A DNA stretch of 64,000 nt from a virus, in the IMG/VR virus record IMGVR_UViG_3300021961_008712, positions 32,001-96,000 of that record; one strand, written 5' to 3'. The position numbers and the translations under genes were made by a program. Under the pieces are notes generated by a model that was not told the DNA's origin, searched no databases, and saw only the letters and a program-made list of their open reading frames with translations. Below are positions 59,829 to 64,000 of this stretch, piece by piece (within the stretch, counting starts at the first letter, position 1; every line of letters begins with the position of its first letter).

Positions 59829-59845
59829 AATAATGTTCTTATATT
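59817..59845 (+). promoter_or_regulatory. Sigma70-like promoter TTGGAA-N17-TATATT
   Basis: Exact 17-nt spacer, upstream of the SSB gene. Confidence 0.6.
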
Positions 59846-59884
59846 ATAGAATAGACATTAACGTTATAATTTAAAATTAGTTAT

Positions 59885-60691
59885 ATGAATTTAGAAGCGA
59901 TCAAGGCTAAGCTAGACGCCTTAAACAACAACGGTCAGCAAAGAGAGAAGACTGACTATTCCGAAATCTTTTGGAAACCCGAACTGGGCAAGCAGACGAT
60001 TAGAATCGTACCATCTGCTTTTGACCCTACTTTTCCTTTCAAAGAGTTAAAATTTCACTACGGTATAGGTAAATACCCTATGGTAGCTTTATCGAATTTC
60101 GGTAAGCAAGATCCTATTGAAGAGTTTGTTAAGGAATTAAGAAAGACCAACGATAAAGACAACTGGTCTCTATCTGGTAAAATTAGTCCTAAGACTAGAA
60201 TCTTTGCTCCTGTAGTAGTTAGAGGAGAAGAAGATAAAGGTGTTAGACTGTGGGGATTCGGTATTACTATCTACAAAGCTCTTCTTGCTTTAGCTGAAGA
60301 CGAAGACGTAGGAGACTACACAGATGTTATCAATGGATGGGACCTAGTAGTTGAAATGACTCAAGGTAGCCCGTACCCTACTACTACAGTACGAATTAAA
60401 CCTAAGCAAACCCCTCTTTCAGATAATAATAACGAAGTTGATAAGTGGTTAAAAGAACAACCTAATCCTGTAGAAGCTTTTACTCAGTATGATTACGAGT
60501 TTATTAAAAAGCAATTACAAAATTATCTATCACCAGGATCTCAAGAAGATGATGCACCTGCTGCAATTCCTGGAGGTATTGATAACGAAAGTAATTCAGC
60601 ACCTGCTCCTGTTTCTAACTTTACTATGGAGACTGCTACTGCTGGGAAAAAGGACACTGTTTCACAATTTGACGACTTATTCAACGAATAA
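59885..60691 (+). CDS. Single-stranded DNA-binding protein (gp32-like)
   Basis: FWKP..G...IRIVP, DPI.E, GVRLW.FG and acidic tail ending FDDLF. Confidence 0.82.
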   Translation: MNLEAIKAKLDALNNNGQQREKTDYSEIFWKPELGKQTIRIVPSAFDPTFPFKELKFHYGIGKYPMVALSNFGKQDPIEEFVKELRKTNDKDNWSLSGKISPKTRIFAPVVVRGEEDKGVRLWGFGITIYKALLALAEDEDVGDYTDVINGWDLVVEMTQGSPYPTTTVRIKPKQTPLSDNNNEVDKWLKEQPNPVEAFTQYDYEFIKKQLQNYLSPGSQEDDAPAAIPGGIDNESNSAPAPVSNFTMETATAGKKDTVSQFDDLFNE

Positions 60692-61764
60692 TGGCTAAGA
60701 AAAAAGAAGAAGTAATAGAGAAGGCAACCGCTGAGGTAAGAAAGTCTTTCAATTTAGGTAATTTTAAGAAGAAAAAAGGATATTCCAATGCTTCTGTAAA
60801 ATTTAAAGAACAAGGATGGATACCTCTCTCTACTGCTTTTCAAGACATAACATCTCTTCCCGGTATTCCCACCGGACACATCACTCTCCTTCGCGGACAT
60901 AGTGATACAGGCAAGACCACTGCCTTGTTAGAAGCTGCGGTGAATGCTCAAAAAATGGGCATTCTCCCAGTCTTCATTATTACTGAGATGAAATGGTCTT
61001 GGGAACATGCTAAAGAGATGGGATTAGAGTTCAACGAAGTAACAGATACTAACGGAACTGTTACTGACTACGAAGGACATTTTCTATATGCTGATAGAGG
61101 TACTTTAAATACTATTGAAGATGTAGCAGTCTATATTGCTGATCTACTAGATGAACAAGCTAAAGGTAACCTACCTTTTGATATGTGTTTCTTCTGGGAT
61201 AGTATTGGATCAGTCCCTTGCGAGCTCTCTGTTAGATCAAATAAGAATAATAATGAGTGGAATGCTGGTGCAATGTCTACTCAATTTGGTAATAACCTAA
61301 ATCAAAAGATTTTATTATCTAGAAAGGAAAATTCTCCCTATACTAATACTATGGTTGCTATCAATAAGGTTTGGACTATGAAGCCTGAATCACCTATGGG
61401 ACAGCCTAAATTACAGAATAAAGGAGGTATGTCGATGTGGTATGATGCTACATTAGTTGTCACCTTCGGTAATATCACTAACCCAGGTACATCTAAGATT
61501 AAGGCTATCAAGAACGGTATGCAAGTAGAATTTGCTAAGCGTACTAACGTTCAAATTGAAAAGAACCATATCGGTGGAGTACAGTCACGAGGAAGAATTG
61601 TAATGACTTCTCATGGCTTTATTGCCGACGATAAACGTGCTATCGATAGATATAAAGATGAGCATAAAGACCACTGGTTGAAGTTAGTTGGAAGTCTTGA
61701 TTTTGATTTAATAGAAGAGGGAGATTTAGAAGAAGATATCATCACTCCAAATCTTCTAGACTAG
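60691..61764 (+). CDS. recA: RecA/UvsX recombinase
   Basis: GIP.G.IT.L.GHSDTGKTT Walker A, FWDS and KGG. Confidence 0.88.
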   Translation: MAKKKEEVIEKATAEVRKSFNLGNFKKKKGYSNASVKFKEQGWIPLSTAFQDITSLPGIPTGHITLLRGHSDTGKTTALLEAAVNAQKMGILPVFIITEMKWSWEHAKEMGLEFNEVTDTNGTVTDYEGHFLYADRGTLNTIEDVAVYIADLLDEQAKGNLPFDMCFFWDSIGSVPCELSVRSNKNNNEWNAGAMSTQFGNNLNQKILLSRKENSPYTNTMVAINKVWTMKPESPMGQPKLQNKGGMSMWYDATLVVTFGNITNPGTSKIKAIKNGMQVEFAKRTNVQIEKNHIGGVQSRGRIVMTSHGFIADDKRAIDRYKDEHKDHWLKLVGSLDFDLIEEGDLEEDIITPNLLD

Positions 61765-62789
61765 TGGACTATAAAAATATACTTAACAATCTTAAAGAAA
61801 CCCCACCGAGAGCATTAAATGACCATATACTGGTAGTAGATGGAATGAACACCTTGATTAGGTCGTTTTCACTGCTCAAAGCGATGAATCCCACAGGTAC
61901 GCATATCGGAGGCCTCGTGGGGTTCCTTCGCTCTTTAGGGTATATGACACGTATTTTTGATCCAACAAGAGTACTTATAATTTGGGACGGAAAAGGAGGC
62001 TCTGGAAACAGACAGAATATAAATCCCGAATATAAAGCTCAAAGGGCAAATGCACGTATTACTCACTGGGGATTATACGATACCAAGGAAGAAGAAACCG
62101 AAGCACTTATCGGTCAGTTATTTAGAGTACAGGATTATCTAGAATGCCTTCCAGTACAGCAGATAGTGATGGATAAGCTTGAAGCAGATGATATAATTGC
62201 CTATATAGCTTTGAGAGCATCAAAAGCCGGCAAAAAGATAACCATAGCTTCTTCAGATAAAGACTTCTTACAATTAGTAGATGAGAATATTCAAGTATAT
62301 GCACCTGTCAAGAAACACGTATATACAAATGCCAACGTAGTTAGTGAGATAGGAGTACATCCTAAAAATTATAATATAGTCAAAGCACTCCTCGGTGATA
62401 GTTCAGACAATTTACCTGGTGTAAAAGGACTAGGAATAAAAACCATATTATCGGAATGGAGCAGTTTTATATACGATCCTAATGCATCACTACAAGACAT
62501 CTGGGACCACTGTGAGACACAGCTAGACACAGAGAAACCCAAGAAAATCTTTGCTAAGATACTACACGATTGGGATAAAATAACAACTAATTTTAAAATG
62601 ATGGATTTACATGATTCTGTTCTTGACGAAGGTGAAATTCAACTTATAGAAGAAGTACTAAGACACCCAGTACCTGCATTACAGACTGGAGCTTTTCTAC
62701 ATTTATTGGATCAAGATAAAATAGAAGGTGTTACTAAAAATACAGATGGCTGGTTAGAAAATTTTAGAGGGTTAACAACAGTGGTATGA
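61764..62789 (+). CDS. 5'-3' exonuclease / T4 RNase H-like flap nuclease
   Basis: DGMN, WDG, YKAQR, EADD, S.DKDFLQL and GD.SDNLPGVKGLG.KT. Confidence 0.92.
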   Translation: MDYKNILNNLKETPPRALNDHILVVDGMNTLIRSFSLLKAMNPTGTHIGGLVGFLRSLGYMTRIFDPTRVLIIWDGKGGSGNRQNINPEYKAQRANARITHWGLYDTKEEETEALIGQLFRVQDYLECLPVQQIVMDKLEADDIIAYIALRASKAGKKITIASSDKDFLQLVDENIQVYAPVKKHVYTNANVVSEIGVHPKNYNIVKALLGDSSDNLPGVKGLGIKTILSEWSSFIYDPNASLQDIWDHCETQLDTEKPKKIFAKILHDWDKITTNFKMMDLHDSVLDEGEIQLIEEVLRHPVPALQTGAFLHLLDQDKIEGVTKNTDGWLENFRGLTTVV

Positions 62790-63202
62790 TTAAAGGAGTT
62801 ATAGCAGGAAATTTTGACGTAATACACCCAGGATATATTGACATGTTTAAACAGATGAAGAATAAATGTTCCTGTTTAATAGTTTTACTGCATACCGATC
62901 CTTCAATTGAACGGCCTCATAAGTTAAAACCTATTCTTTCAGTACAAGAAAGAAAAGATATTCTACTATCATTAAAGTATGTAGACGATGTACTGTGTTA
63001 CACTTATGAAGAGCAGTTGTACGATTTACTTAAAGTAGGAGATTTTGATATAAGGTTTTTAGGAGATGACTATATTAATAAACCATTCACTGGTGATGAT
63101 TTACGACTACCTATTCACTACTTGGATAGAAGTCATGGATGGTCAACAACTAAGTATAAAAAATTAATTGCAGAAAGTTATGAAAAAATTAGTAATAGTT
63201 AG
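62786..63202 (+). CDS. Cytidylyltransferase-like nucleotidyltransferase (TagD/RfaE family)
   Basis: GNFDVIHPGY, ER..L..VD.V, GDDY and R..G.STT. Confidence 0.85.
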   Translation: MIKGVIAGNFDVIHPGYIDMFKQMKNKCSCLIVLLHTDPSIERPHKLKPILSVQERKDILLSLKYVDDVLCYTYEEQLYDLLKVGDFDIRFLGDDYINKPFTGDDLRLPIHYLDRSHGWSTTKYKKLIAESYEKISNS

Positions 63203-63602
63203 CGGGTACTTCAACCCTCTTCATAAAGGTCATTTAGATTTATTTGAAAAAGCTAAAGAACATGGAGACTTACTATGTGTGATTGTAAATAACGATCATC
63301 AAAGAGAGTTAAAGGGTTCAAAGTTTTTTCAAGATGAAAATGAACGAATACGAATTATTAGAGCACTTAAAGACGTAGATATGGCTTGGATATCTGTCGA
63401 TGAAGATAGAACACAGAATAAAACCTTAAAAGTGTTAGCTGGTAAATTTTACGACACCTTAAAGCTTGCCTTTGCCAACGGCGGAGATCAGAACAACGAC
63501 ACTATCCCGGAAAGTGAAATCTGTAAGCAGTTTGGTATAGAACTAATTGACGGATTAGGAGAAAAAATACAATCAAGCAGTTGGTTATTAGGGGAAAAAT
63601 AG
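63180..63602 (+). CDS. Cytidylyltransferase-like nucleotidyltransferase
   Basis: SGYFNPLHKGH, FANGGD and KIQSSS. ATG 63180 is preferred. Confidence 0.88.
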   Translation: MKKLVIVSGYFNPLHKGHLDLFEKAKEHGDLLCVIVNNDHQRELKGSKFFQDENERIRIIRALKDVDMAWISVDEDRTQNKTLKVLAGKFYDTLKLAFANGGDQNNDTIPESEICKQFGIELIDGLGEKIQSSSWLLGEK

Positions 63603-63609
63603 CTATATT
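63581..63609 (+). promoter_or_regulatory. Sigma70-like promoter TTGGTT-N17-TATATT
   Basis: Exact 17-nt spacer, upstream of the final ORF. Confidence 0.6.
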
Positions 63610-63641
63610 AAACATAAGATAAGATACACTAAAAGGTTATT

Positions 63642-64000
63642 ATGACATTAAAAAGTTTGCAGCAATACGGTAAAGGATTCCAACTAAAGGTACTTGGTTC
63701 TTTACTTACAGATAAAAAGTTTTTACTTAATGTTAGAGACGTACTTTATGACCATTACTTCGACGCAGATTCACATAAGTGGATTGTAGGACAGATTATA
63801 AACTACTTTGATAAATACCATACTAATATTACTATGGATGTTCTTAAAGTAGAACTTCAAAAAGTAGAAAATGAAGTATTAGTAGTCGCACTAAAAGAAG
63901 AACTTAGAAACTCTTATCAAGCATCACAAGACGACCTAGAATATGTACAAGAGGAATTTCTAGGCTTCTGTAAAAATCAAGAAATGAAACAAGCTATTCT
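63642..64000 (+). CDS. Replicative helicase (gp41/DnaB-like), N-terminus only
   Basis: Open frame MTLKSLQQYGKGFQLKVLGSLLTDKKFL...FCKNQEMKQAI runs off the window. Resembles phage helicase N-termini; ATPase motifs are not in view. Confidence 0.65.
   Translation, partial: MTLKSLQQYGKGFQLKVLGSLLTDKKFLLNVRDVLYDHYFDADSHKWIVGQIINYFDKYHTNITMDVLKVELQKVENEVLVVALKEELRNSYQASQDDLEYVQEEFLGFCKNQEMKQAI

Noticed and set aside
2027-62304. Minus-strand ORFs and short nested plus-strand ORFs in the ORF track
   Set aside because: They are shadows of long + strand genes, or cross intergenic signals, with no recognisable motifs (e.g. 10735-11688, 13447-13683, 44661-44846, 50957-52642, 16005-16196, 60489-60698).
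1-64000. Stop-codon reassignment
   Set aside because: Coding density is near complete in the standard code. TAG and TGA end complete genes, often overlapping the next start.
1-64000. CRISPR arrays, tRNAs, introns/inteins, transposases
   Set aside because: Intergenic gaps are short, with no repeat-spacer pattern or cloverleaf seen. Capsid, RecA and PolA-like genes show no intervening insertions.

Overview
This 64 kb, AT-rich window is the middle of a large contractile-tailed (T4-type capsid) bacteriophage genome. All credible genes are on the + strand in the standard genetic code. Order: major capsid protein (5' truncated), PhoH and neck/tail-completion genes; a 13 kb block of Ser/Thr/Gly-rich fibre or adhesin proteins; a ~26.5 kb block of sugar-making, sugar-transferring and sugar-tailoring enzymes; tail sheath, tube, chaperone, tape measure and baseplate; then a replication block (compact PolA-like protein, SSB, RecA, 5'-3' exonuclease, two cytidylyltransferases, helicase 3' truncated). 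Top candidate system: a phage-encoded virion-glycosylation pathway. The enzyme island sits inside the morphogenesis region, includes a DegT + amidinotransferase + radical-SAM module, and a [ST]-G-S tripeptide is dense in exposed virion proteins but was not seen in internal ones. Other notable signals: a +1 frameshift site (TTTTTTT) in the tail chaperone, an intergenic TATTTATA motif that is the reverse complement of the T4 late promoter, a second GTTG-N20-TATATT promoter class, and a GC-rich three-way-junction RNA in a fibre-gene leader. All product calls come from motif recognition by eye; no searches were run.
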